Virus record (IMG/VR): IMGVR_UViG_3300009545_000018
Span: 383,764-447,763 of that record
Strand: one strand, 5' to 3'
DNA: 64,000 nucleotides
The notes under the pieces are model-generated. The model was not told the DNA's origin and did no database searches. It worked only from the letters and a program-made list of their open reading frames with translations. Made by a program: the position numbers and the translations under genes. How positions within the stretch are numbered: the first letter of the stretch is position 1; the number at the start of each line of letters is the position of its first letter. Below are positions 53,480 through 63,776 of the stretch, in pieces.

Positions 53480-56400
53480 ATGAATCGCACTAAGCAAAAC
53501 CTAGATTCTGCTAAGATGCTGGTTGCTAAAGCTCTGGCTATTCTGGCGCAAGCTGGTTTGGCTCAACGATAGAGAAGACAATGAAAAAGCCCAATCAAGA
53601 ATTGTTTCGGCTGCTTCGTTTTGCCATTCGTTTTCCAGGCTGGCACTCTTACGATTCCAGTGTAGCTAAACATATCAAAAGGGCAGCTGCATTGGAATTT
53701 CTGGAAGTTGATACCAAAACCAAACAATTCCGATTGATGCCAAGTCAATGGGCGGAAGACTTTCGCAAAGGTCCCATCGTTTAACGGTTGAGGGTATCTA
53801 ATATGAATCTCAATAAAAGAATCAAGCTGGATCGTTCCTTCGAACTAGCAGAAGATTCTGCTAAGCCTGATATTACTGGAACCATTGTGGGCTTGGGACA
53901 TATTGTCGGCATAACAGTTTATATCGTGGAACTGGATCAAGGTTTCTATTCGCCAGATAGGCGAATCTATATTAGCAGAATGGTAGTAGCAAGGGAAAGC
54001 CTTCGTCCCATCGAATAACGGGTGAAGGTAACTAACTGGGGACTGAAACCCGAGCTGACCGAAAGGAAAAGCTCCATATAGTATTACTGGATGAGATCCT
54101 AATCCGGGTTGTAAAAGAATAACGGTTGGTACCGTTTACAATCATGTCGAAAGACCTTAGGCTGGCGAAGTAAGTCCCCATCATTTAACGGCGGAAGATT
54201 AATAACATGAGGAAAAACGCTCAAAAGGTTCTGCAAGCTTTCAATGCTGGGCAGGCTGCTAATGAGAAAACCATTAGCACCAATGGTAAGGAATTGTTTT
54301 CCTACGCCATGTTGATCGCCCGCAAGAATGGCGATAAGGTAGAGCTTATCGATTATAGTAAAGCTCCCAGCAACACTACCCGCAGTCAGGTTAACGCAGT
54401 GCGGCAATTCTTTCCTGCTAGTCAGATTGTGGTAGTGGAGAGTTTCTAAAAACAAGTTTTCCTAAAACTTGTTCCCATCCTTTAACGGAATAAGGCTCTT
54501 ACCATGAGAGTTGGTCCTGCTACACTATCCTACTTGAAACGTTTGGGCGATGAGGAAGCTGCTTTGATGTTGAAAGCCGGTTCATTGGTTTTCAGTCAAG
54601 CTCAAAAAGCAGGTTTGACGCCGGGTTTCTTTTTCATTCAAGGGCAACTGAGAATGGTGCCAGTACCCAAAACCTTTGCAGTGAGTCCCATCTTCTAACG
54701 GAAGGATCCTTCTAATATGGAAGAGTTAATGGATCGAGCCCGGGAATGGGTCAATGAGAATTATCCTCACTTGGAAGGCGATGACTATTCCGCCAAGCTA
54801 GAAGAGACACTATGGGATCTGGCGGAGATTGATGGCACGGATCCTATTAACTATCTGACTTATTATAATTAATTACACTAAAGCAATAATTGAGGTTTAA
54901 TGATTCGAGCCCCGCCGAGCTAGGCGTCTCTAATGTTTAATAATAGTTGATTGAATTTATAAGATTACAGTTTGAGAGGAATGGGGAGAAGGCGACCTTC
55001 TCCCCATTCCAATGTTATACATTGGTATAGGCTTTGCATCTTGCAATCCTTATACCAACCTTGCTATTATCTTTCCCATCCAATAACGGAAGCATTCAAT
55101 TAGATATGACAATTAGTTATCACAAGCGAGACTTGCAACATGCCCAAAAGATTGCAGAAGCAGAAAAGTACCATATCCTGAGTTTCAGTGACGGTGCAAA
55201 CTCCGCGGAGCATCTAGTTCGGGTAGTAGAACTGGAAAACGATCTTCGTCGTATCTCTCAACAATTGAATCCCATCAAGTAACGGCTAGAGACATAATAT
55301 AAGAAACATGGCAAAGTCAAACAAGTACTGTAGGGATTGTGAGTGTTATCATCCGGCAGGCGATTGTAATGGTAATGATCGTCGGCAAGATCATAAGAAG
55401 CGAGAAAAGGTCAAGCAAGCCGAAAGCCCCATGTTCTTCTATGATCAAGATCCAATGTTGATGGATCCATAAAAACCTGTTCCCATCTGATAACAGTTAA
55501 TGTAAGTGGTTGTATCATTGAACGCGGCGTAAAAGACTATAATTAATAAGGTTCACGCGGGAAAAAGATAGTCTTTCCACTTTTCCATCTAATAACGGCT
55601 CCTAGATACTAATTGAAAGAATAAAGACAATGTTTTATGTAACCAAGAATGACGCGCAATACATCATGGCTGCCCTGCTGATTCCGACCCTGCTGGGCTT
55701 TTACTCTCTCTGCCTTTACTTCTAAAAACTTAATAGGCAGTTTAGAATAGCTGCCTATCTTTCTTCCGGTTTAGCTCAGTTGGCAGGGAAACATTAATGA
55801 CAGCTAATTGGTTGCATAATGTTTCCCATCCATTAACGGTTGAAGGTGTCTAATATGACTTGGAATAAAGAACAGATTAGGATTGCCATTCAAACCCGTG
55901 ATGTTGTGGTAGAGCGTGCCATTGTTGCTATCTATCAACGTCAGACACTAGACGAACAATCCTCAGAAGAAACCAAGCATTCTAATGGAGTTGGTTTTAG
56001 TGGGGCGCATGCACGTTTGGGCACGTATTATGCCAAGTGGATTCTTCAGGGACGTCACTTAACCGGAAACCATCTAGTCAAAGCTCGTGCCATGGCATTG
56101 CATTACGTAGGACAATTAGAGCAGATTGCTGCACAAGTTTAATTCAAACTTGTTCCCATCTATTAACGGATTGATATTACTAATATGGATTACCTAACTC
56201 GTAACATTCAAGACACTGGTAGCAAAACGGTTTTGATGCCAGCCAGCCACGTTCGTGGGAGCACCATTATCTTTTGGACTTGCTGTGTGTTCTGGACCAT
56301 TGCCGCCATTGCTTATCACAGCATGCACTGAACCAAGATGCATATCTTCCTGTTAGTCATTATGGCATACTGTCATGTCTCCTGGGAATCTACCGATAGG

Positions 56401-57052
56401 GGACAGCCTGTTTATGATGCTAACGGGTATAACTACAGTGACAATGTTATCTCCTGTCATATCGATCCCATTGAGGATAATATAACAGAACAACGTCACC
56501 ATATTACTTGCTGGGGCACTGATAAGCAGGTAGTGGTAGATCGGTCCTTGCATTGTGATAAGCAGCAGATTGAAGATTACATTGAAGTGCAAAGCTTATT
56601 CTTAGGCTGTAAGTATCACTGAATGTTAGGCATTATTCTTGCCGCTGTAATTCCGATAGTAATACCAGTTATTATTAATTGTTTGGATTACTTCATAGAT
56701 TAAATCCCATCTGATAACGGAGAAGGGTTTGTAGGCATTATCAAGAGGGAATTTATATTACTGAACATTCCAATATGTTGGAGTTGATTAATCGTTGCAA
56801 TAAGCTTGCAACCTTACAGACAACTATTACATGGATGTATGTAGTTGTCTGAGTTTATAACGGCACTGTAATGGTGCCGTTTCTTTTATGCGCGTGTTGG
56901 TACGTGCTTTGCATATTGCAATAAGCTTGCCAACCATCCGTCAAGCCAAATTATTATCCCATCTAATAACGGAAGGATACACGTAAATGAAGCTAAAGTT
57001 AATAGGTCAAGGTACACACACTCGTAAGGGTGCCGCAATCTATGGCGACTAA
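53480..57052 (+). CDS. Small motif-associated genes: 53480-53572, 53581-53784, 53803-54018, 54207-54449, 54504-54698, 54717-54872, 55106-55282, 55308-55472, 55630-55725, 55855-56142, 56185-56331, 56338-56622, 56987-57052
   Basis: Starts re-assigned to the ATG about 15 nt after each motif where present; products unknown. Confidence 0.65.
54037..54180 (+). ncRNA. Candidate multi-stem structured RNA
   Basis: Closing stem TGGGGACT/AGTCCCCA, GAAA tetraloops, several nested stems. Confidence 0.6.
54978..55010. terminator. 15-bp perfect hairpin without a U tract
   Basis: GGAATGGGGAGAAGG-CGA-CCTTCTCCCCATTCC. Confidence 0.6.
56736..56887 (+). ncRNA. Candidate small structured RNA
   Basis: ORF-poor unit after motif 56706; GTTGCAA/TTGCAAC and CAGACAACTA/TAGTTGTCTG hairpins, then a terminator. 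Confidence 0.4.
56859..56887 (+). terminator. Intrinsic terminator
   Basis: AACGGCAC/GTGCCGTT with T tract. Confidence 0.8.
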
Positions 57053-57149
57053 TCCACATAGGTTGTTCTGATTAGAGAATAGCTTTAAAAGCTCCGAACA
57101 CTTTAGCTTCCCATCCTATAACGGTTTCATACTCTGATTGAGATACACA

Positions 57150-57518
57150 ATGAAGATCGAATGTACCACTGAGGAATTGGTAGCGCTGCAACGTACCACG
57201 GAACTGGAATCCTTGCAATATGAAGTAGTAGCATTGCGAGAACGGAATTCTTCCCTGGAAGATCGGATCGCTAACCTGAAGGATCACAACACTGACCTAC
57301 AGCGGGAATTGGTGAAGCCGGCAGCTACTATTAATGGCGCCAGTATGCAGCAAGTTTCGGATCTGTTCAAGGTATACTTGGGTGGTGCCAATAGGGAAAC
57401 CCCTATTGGAGCCCAAAAGATCGCTGCTATCAAAGCCGTTCGTGAAGTTTTCAAGTGCGGATTAAGGGAAGCCAAGTTTATCATTGAAGGTAACTTGGAA
57501 AACGAGCGATACGGCTGA
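57150..57518 (+). CDS. Coiled-coil protein with ribosomal protein bL12 (L7/L12) C-terminal-like domain
   Basis: KIAAIKAVREVFKCGLREAKFIIE matches the bL12 KIxxIKxVRxxxGxGLKEAKxxVE signature. Confidence 0.7.
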   Translation: MKIECTTEELVALQRTTELESLQYEVVALRERNSSLEDRIANLKDHNTDLQRELVKPAATINGASMQQVSDLFKVYLGGANRETPIGAQKIAAIKAVREVFKCGLREAKFIIEGNLENERYG

Positions 57519-57556
57519 ATAAACTTCCCATCCTTTAACGGTTGATTGCATTCAAT

Positions 57557-60500
57557 ATGGATCCTGAGCAATTGATTCAGCAAAGCGCGGCTTCTGGGGA
57601 AACCATCAAGATTGATTGGAATGTCAAAGTGTTTTCTCACTTGATGCGCCGGTCTCCTATTTACACCGAATATACAACCTTCACGGAATTCCAGGGTAAA
57701 GAATTGGATAAGTCCTGGTGTATCCAATTGATACATTAACCCATCCTTTAACGGTTAGAGACACCTAACATGACATTCGATAAAGGACAGCGAGTCAACA
57801 CTCCTAATGGTCTTGGTACTATTAATTACCAAAGGATGGTACCGCCCGATTACAGTGAAGCTATGATAGTTTCTGTCTTTCTGGATTCTCGCCAATTGGA
57901 TCGGGACTTGGGAAAGTATTCTGGAACTATCTTTCCGGCAGATGTTGTTACTCCCATCCAATAACGGACTACTAATAATAGTATAAGACAAATGGTAAAA
58001 ACCAACCACCATAACGAATGGTTTCGACCCGTTACCAAAACCACTTGCTCTTGCGGTCAAAAGAAAACGCAAGTTTATAGTTGGGGAGAATATGTGTGTG
58101 CCAAGTGGCGCACCATTGACTATGTGTGTCAAAACTGTTTTCCGATTGTAAGCGAACGTTTACAGCAGCATAAAAAGGAATGCGGCTGTGAATTTAAGCT
58201 AATTGGTTATCGCGGCTGTAGTTTGCCTGACTGGCTTAAAATGCCTGTGCAATCTTGCCAGTTTTCCCATCAAGTAACGGTTGAAGATGTCTAATATGAC
58301 TAAGCAACAAGCTCTGCAGGACTTTAAAGAAAACGTACTGCCGGCAGTCAAACAGCAATATCCACATGATAAGCATGCTGTTATTCAAGCTTGGAATGAT
58401 TACACTGACAGCTTGTGTAAAGACCGGCAGATTACCGCCAAGCAATACCATAACTGGTCCAATCCTTTTTGAGCCTCATGTCTAAGTGTGAACATGTATT
58501 TCCACGTGTAGCTAATTACGAGTTATTAGGCACTGGTGGCAAAAGGATTATATGGTCCTGCAATAACTGTCTTTCCATCAAGGTTCACTTCATTAATGAT
58601 GTAAAAGTTAATGATAAATGGACTACATATGAAAAAACAGTCATAGTAGACTGTTTAGATTACGATCCTGATCCCATCCAGTAACGGTTAGGTACAACCA
58701 ATATGACAACTATGTATCTAATACGCGATACCACTGGCAAGATATTGTCGAGTTGCTCTTTCAATTCCGTTGCAGCTTTATGTGAAGCAGTTAAGGTCTG
58801 GCATTATTTGGGCAACATTAGCGCCGATAGCTATGGTGTTGTAGTTATCTTTTAGTTCCCATCCTATAACGGCTAGGTACAATTAATATGAGCCAGTTAT
58901 CCGAAGCCCTAAAAAAAGTCGCTGCTATTGCATCTTCTACCTACCTAGGAGAAGAGACTGAAAAGTATAGTCAAGGCAGCGGTACTTACAAGGTTAATAA
59001 GTGGAAAGTAGAATTGTCTTTCCAGGGGCGCCGATATACTTGTCCCTTATATAAGACAGGTGAAGGTCTTCGAAAGAAAAAGTACAGCTTTAATAGCAAG
59101 CTGGGACAATGGGGTAATTTTCCCGTTGCAGGATCAAACCACCCTGATGTAGCTGACGTTATTCATTGTCTGATTACTGATACTCATTGCGGCATGATGG
59201 CATTCGACGAGTATTGCAGCGAGTTTGGACTTGATACTGATTCCCGTGCTGCTTTCAAAGTGTGGGAGCAATGCGTGGAAACTGCTGGACCTTTTAGACG
59301 GTTTCTAGGTTCGGAGTTTGATCATCTGTCAATGTTGGAACACTAATGAAAACTTACAGGCTCAAAGAAAACCATCCCACCTATCAGAAATTTCTTAAGC
59401 TATATAATCTAGCTGAGAAGTTAGGTATCTCTCTTGAATTTATTGGAGATCAATGTTTTTTGGTAGATTTTGATCTGCCTAAGATACGGTTTCAAGTGAA
59501 AGATATAGAGCCTAATCATATCTTAACTTCGTTTCCTTATCCAACGGAATTTGAGATTACATATCAGAAGCCCCATCCATAGACGGAAGTGTGTATTTAA
59601 TATGCGCAACTATCAAAGCATGATTGAGCGACGAAAAGCGGAATTCCAAGATCATTTCTCGGATGTTGGATTGTCCAAACAGTTCATTCAATATTACGAG
59701 AATGGCAAGCGTATCAAGGTGCGGTTTCCCGATGGTCGTACAGAGTGCGGTACCGTTGGAGTTACAACCGGTTGGGTCCCTTGCTTTCTGCTAATGCATC
59801 GCAGTACTGATACTGGAAGCTCTACAGTCTTGGCAGACATGGATAAGATTGTGGGCGTGCAAGTCAGTAAGAAGTACGTTACGCCGTGAATGGAAAAGGA
59901 GCATCTGCTCCTTTTCATTTTGCCCAATATGGTATGTGCTTTGCATATTGCAGCATTCGTACCACTACCTCCGGGGCAAAAAACAAACTCCCATCACATA
60001 ACGGGTTGATACTAAAGGTAAGAGATATGAAAGTTAAAGTGTTTCCCGTCAATGGCAGCTATACTATCTGTGCGGTTTTACCTAACGGCAGCATGGATCC
60101 GCATTATCCTGCTATTACGGATATTGCGCATCATGGTAATGCGCAATACATTGCGGACAGAATCAATGAGGCTTATCGGGCGGGTGAAACCAATAAAGCC
60201 ATTGAGATTCGAAAAGTCTTGGGTCTTTTATATTAATCCCATCTTCTAACGGATGAATGCAATTAATATGGCAAAACAATATCCCTGTGATGGTTTTACT
60301 CGACTCACAGAAGAATCAGACTTGGTTCCAGGTACCGTGCTTCGCATGGTTAACTTTATCGATAACCCTGCTGTTAGCGCTCCCTTTTCCGATTGTGTCA
60401 TTACTAAAGTAGAAGATGGTATTGTCTACCTGAATCGTCCCATGGGATGGTCCAATGGCAAAACTCATACAGAAGAGTTTTGTGCCTACACTACCAGGGT

Positions 60501-62428
60501 TGTCAAGTTCTGGCATACTGTACTGACCGCTAGTGGTAAGCCTTATAGTATGTTTGGGGTGTAGTTCCCATCCTGTAACGGAACCAGTATATTAATTATG
60601 GATAGATTTACAAGGTGTCTGCTACTAGGTCTATTCTTCTTTGTTCTAAACGTTCTTTTATATAAGATGTTTAGGTTGGTTTATTGGGAACGTACAGTCA
60701 TTACCTCTATAGTAGCACTTTATGTCGGTTGGTTTCATGGCAGTTGGTTTTTCAAAAAAAGAAATAAACCCATCCAGTAACGGATATTATCTTCCTATTG
60801 TAAGAAAGTAAAAGACAATGGAAATTCTTTCTCATTCTCGCAGTGTTAAGGTAGAACAATACAGCTTGTGTTTCGATTATATCGGAGCCAGCAAGCATCA
60901 TGGTTTCTCGTTTGACTGCAATGCAGCTGGAGAAGTAGATGTTGTGGCTTTGCAGAAAAAGCCGGCAGCATATGATAACTATCTGAAATGTCTGTCAGGC
61001 GAGCATAAGGTTCATGCTCCTTACGTTCAGGACTTTTCGCATCGTTATACCGAGCCGGCAGTAGGTCGGTGTGTCTGCGGCTGCAAAGTAGAATTGGCTC
61101 GTTTTACCAATACCTGCGATGGTTGCAATCGGGATTACAATTACAGCGGAGATCTTTTGGCACATAGAAGCCAATGGGGTGAGGAAACTGGGGAAAGCTA
61201 CTGTGATATTCAGGACCTGTAATGAAAAAGCGCAATCGCTGTAAGTGTAAAAAGTGTGGTACGATTATTGAATCCAAACATCGGCATGACTTTGTTTACT
61301 GTAGATGTAAGTCCATTTTCACTGATGGTGGAACTGATTACATTAGAAGGGGAGGAGATCTTTCTTTAATTGAGGAAGTTCCAGAAGATAACAACATCTC
61401 CTAACGGAATATATTATGAGTTACGAACTAAGCTTCAGTGAAACATTCTTCTTCGGCGAATGTGATCCCTACGAAACTGACATTACTGCAACACCTACCA
61501 GTGTGTATGCTGCTATCTGCTGCTGTAAGGAACTGGATCCTGACAAGTGGCAAGACATTGCAGCGGAAGTCTTTCAAGTAGAGCCGGATCTATTGACAGA
61601 GGAAGCTGTCATGAGAAAGATTCGTAAAACCGACACATGTTCTAACTTGAACGTGCCTGTACGGGTGTGGATAGATGAACAGGGTTGGTATAAACTAGAA
61701 GTGTATTGATCCCATCTGATAACGGTGGAGCATATCTAATATGAAGATTACAGCAGATCGTTTCAGTGAGCTATCTCTTTCGATTCAAGATCAAGCCACT
61801 AGTCTTTACAATAAGGCTTTTCGTTTGGGCTTTAATGCCGAGCTTGGCGCTAAAGATGGTGGCACTGAAACTGTCATTAGCATGATTACGGAACTGGAAT
61901 CTACCTTGCGGGTATTGAAACGACGCCTGCAGGAAACCCTCCCATCCTCTAACGGGTAGAGATACTTATTATGCAAGCCAGTCTTTGTGATTCAGATTGC
62001 AGTGAAAATGCTGTCATAGCAATCCTTCAAGGTGAAGGTGCTGCTAAGTTTGCCAAAGAGACATGTCAATCGCTCAATGGTAGCAACTGGGAATGTGATG
62101 GCAATGATTTTGCCTATTGTCTCACGGAAAACTGTCCAAGCTTATTGGAAGAATTCCAAAAAGACTTGGGCGATATTGAGATAAACGATTCTGAGTATAC
62201 TCCCATCACATAACGGATAATAAATATAATATGTTAACTCAAAAGGGAATGGAAATTCTGTTGAAGATGTATTCTCTACATCGCAGCAATTTCTTAGAAA
62301 CTCATGATGGTTGCAATCGGAATGATTGCGAGCGGGATTTTCTCCATAACATTCTGTCGAAAGTTTCCGGTAGTTATAACGAAATTGTCTATGCCAAGTT
62401 AGCTAACGAGATTGAAAGCATTCGATGA
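57557..62428 (+). CDS. Small motif-associated genes: 57557-57739, 57770-57964, 57992-58294, 58296-58472, ~58478-58684, 58703-58855, 58888-59346, 59346-59582, 59602-59889, 60027-60236, 60268-60564, 60598-60780, 60818-61222, 61222-61404, 61416-61709, 61741-61959, 61971-62213, 62231-62428
   Basis: Same unit architecture; several are Cys-rich Zn-binding peptides (57992, 60818, 61222). Confidence 0.7.
59893..59921 (+). terminator. Intrinsic terminator
   Basis: GAAAAGGAGC/GCTCCTTTTC then ATTTT. Confidence 0.75.
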
Positions 62429-62823
62429 AAGCTGTACTACTAGGATTGTTACTGTTAGGTTGCGGAGATCATGATAATCCTCCTCCGGAAGCCCCTAAGT
62501 TTTGCATTCAACCCGCCGCCACTTATGTAGAAAGTTTTAGTCCGGTCTATGGTAGTTGTCCAGGTTTACCATCAGTTTTGATTACCATTCCGGAAGATGG
62601 AAGTTTTCCAATCAATACGGATGAAACCTGTCATGTTAAGGTAGATGGTTGCAAGGCAGACAATACTGGGTGCGTGTATCAGAGTGACGGCTGCACTATC
62701 AAGTCTGATACCACTGTCACCTTTAAGGATGATGGTACTGCAGTAGGCTATATGACAGTATCGACAGCTAAGTGTGGATACGACTGTATGGGTATCTATG
62801 AGTTGTACTTAGTTAAGCAATAA
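62425..62823 (+). CDS. Cys-rich lipoprotein
   Basis: MKAVLLGLLLLG-C lipobox. Confidence 0.75.
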   Translation: MKAVLLGLLLLGCGDHDNPPPEAPKFCIQPAATYVESFSPVYGSCPGLPSVLITIPEDGSFPINTDETCHVKVDGCKADNTGCVYQSDGCTIKSDTTVTFKDDGTAVGYMTVSTAKCGYDCMGIYELYLVKQ

Positions 62824-62825
62824 CT

Positions 62826-63776
62826 ATGGAACTGGTAAAGTTAGGCGCTAAGCAAGGCACAGAATGCTGTACCTGTAGAAACAGGATTAAGCATAACGAG
62901 ATCTGTTATCGAAAACAACGCTTAGCCGAAACTTATCACGAACGATTACATGCTAACGGTAAAGGCATGGTTCAATGGTACCATCACAAGTCATGCATTG
63001 AAAAAATTCCCATCTGATAACGGATACCTACGAGTAATATGAGTAGCAAATGCACAGTTAAGAAAGCCAAAGAGTTGAATGCCTATGACATTAAATTCAA
63101 GCTAACGCAGGGAGAATTAATTGCATTGTACAATGCATTAAAACGATATTCCTCTGCTTCTACTGGAGGCGCGGCTGTACACGCTTATCTGTGTAATAGT
63201 TTGCAAGAGCTGTCTGTGGAACATGGCGTCAAGTTTCCCATCGACTAACGGAAGAGCTTATTTAATATGCTAAGTATGAAGGTAGAGACGGTTGTTAACG
63301 CACTAGTTACTCAATTGCTGTCAACGGATCTATATAATGAAGCAATTCATTTCCACTTGGATTGCCGGCTCAATTACTTTGAGGATGGCAAGCGTAATTA
63401 TCGAACGGCACGCGCCTTGCATTTGCTATATCAGCGTCATACGGGAAGCACCTATATCAGTGCCTTTTCTGCTGTCTTGGATAATCCATTCGATAAGATT
63501 GATAAGGTCAAAGATTGGAATCATGAATGCACTCATGACTACTGCTGGCGTAGTGTAAACTGTTTCTCTGCCGTCTATTTTTCTATGGCAGAAGATATTA
63601 ATCGTCAGTTGGTAAAAGCTGGATTGTCGGAAGTAGCACCCATTGATATGAGAGAGTTTAACTCTTTTGGTGGCATTAGCGGAAATGTTTTCCAATTGGT
63701 TCCAGTCAAGGTAGAACTGGATCCTACAGACAAGAATCATCATAGAAGGATGATAACAGTTTCTCCCATCCTTTAA
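62826..63776 (+). CDS. Three small genes (62826-63017, 63039-63248, 63267-63776)
   Basis: All end inside the next motif (IPI, FPID, SPIL). Confidence 0.7.

Larger units (their letters stand above)
49599..59964. promoter_or_regulatory. Ten palindromic double sigma54-type (-24/-12) sites
   Basis: TGGYA..TGCA-N3-TGCA..TRCCA at 49599, 49708, 49775, 50138, 50911, 52088, 53249, 55023, 56898, 59930; GG-N10-GC on both strands (minus half is degenerate at 49599; 2-nt centre at 49708). Confidence 0.8.

Noticed and set aside
54037-54180. Hammerhead ribozyme call for the structured RNA
   Set aside because: The CUGANGA core is not correctly present (CTGGATGAG) and the stem arrangement does not match.
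49830-63743. Minus-strand ORFs in the motif block (e.g. 50224, 51284, 54099, 57284, 57755, 63426)
   Set aside because: They overlap better-supported plus-strand units; all motifs and U-tract terminators point in the plus direction.
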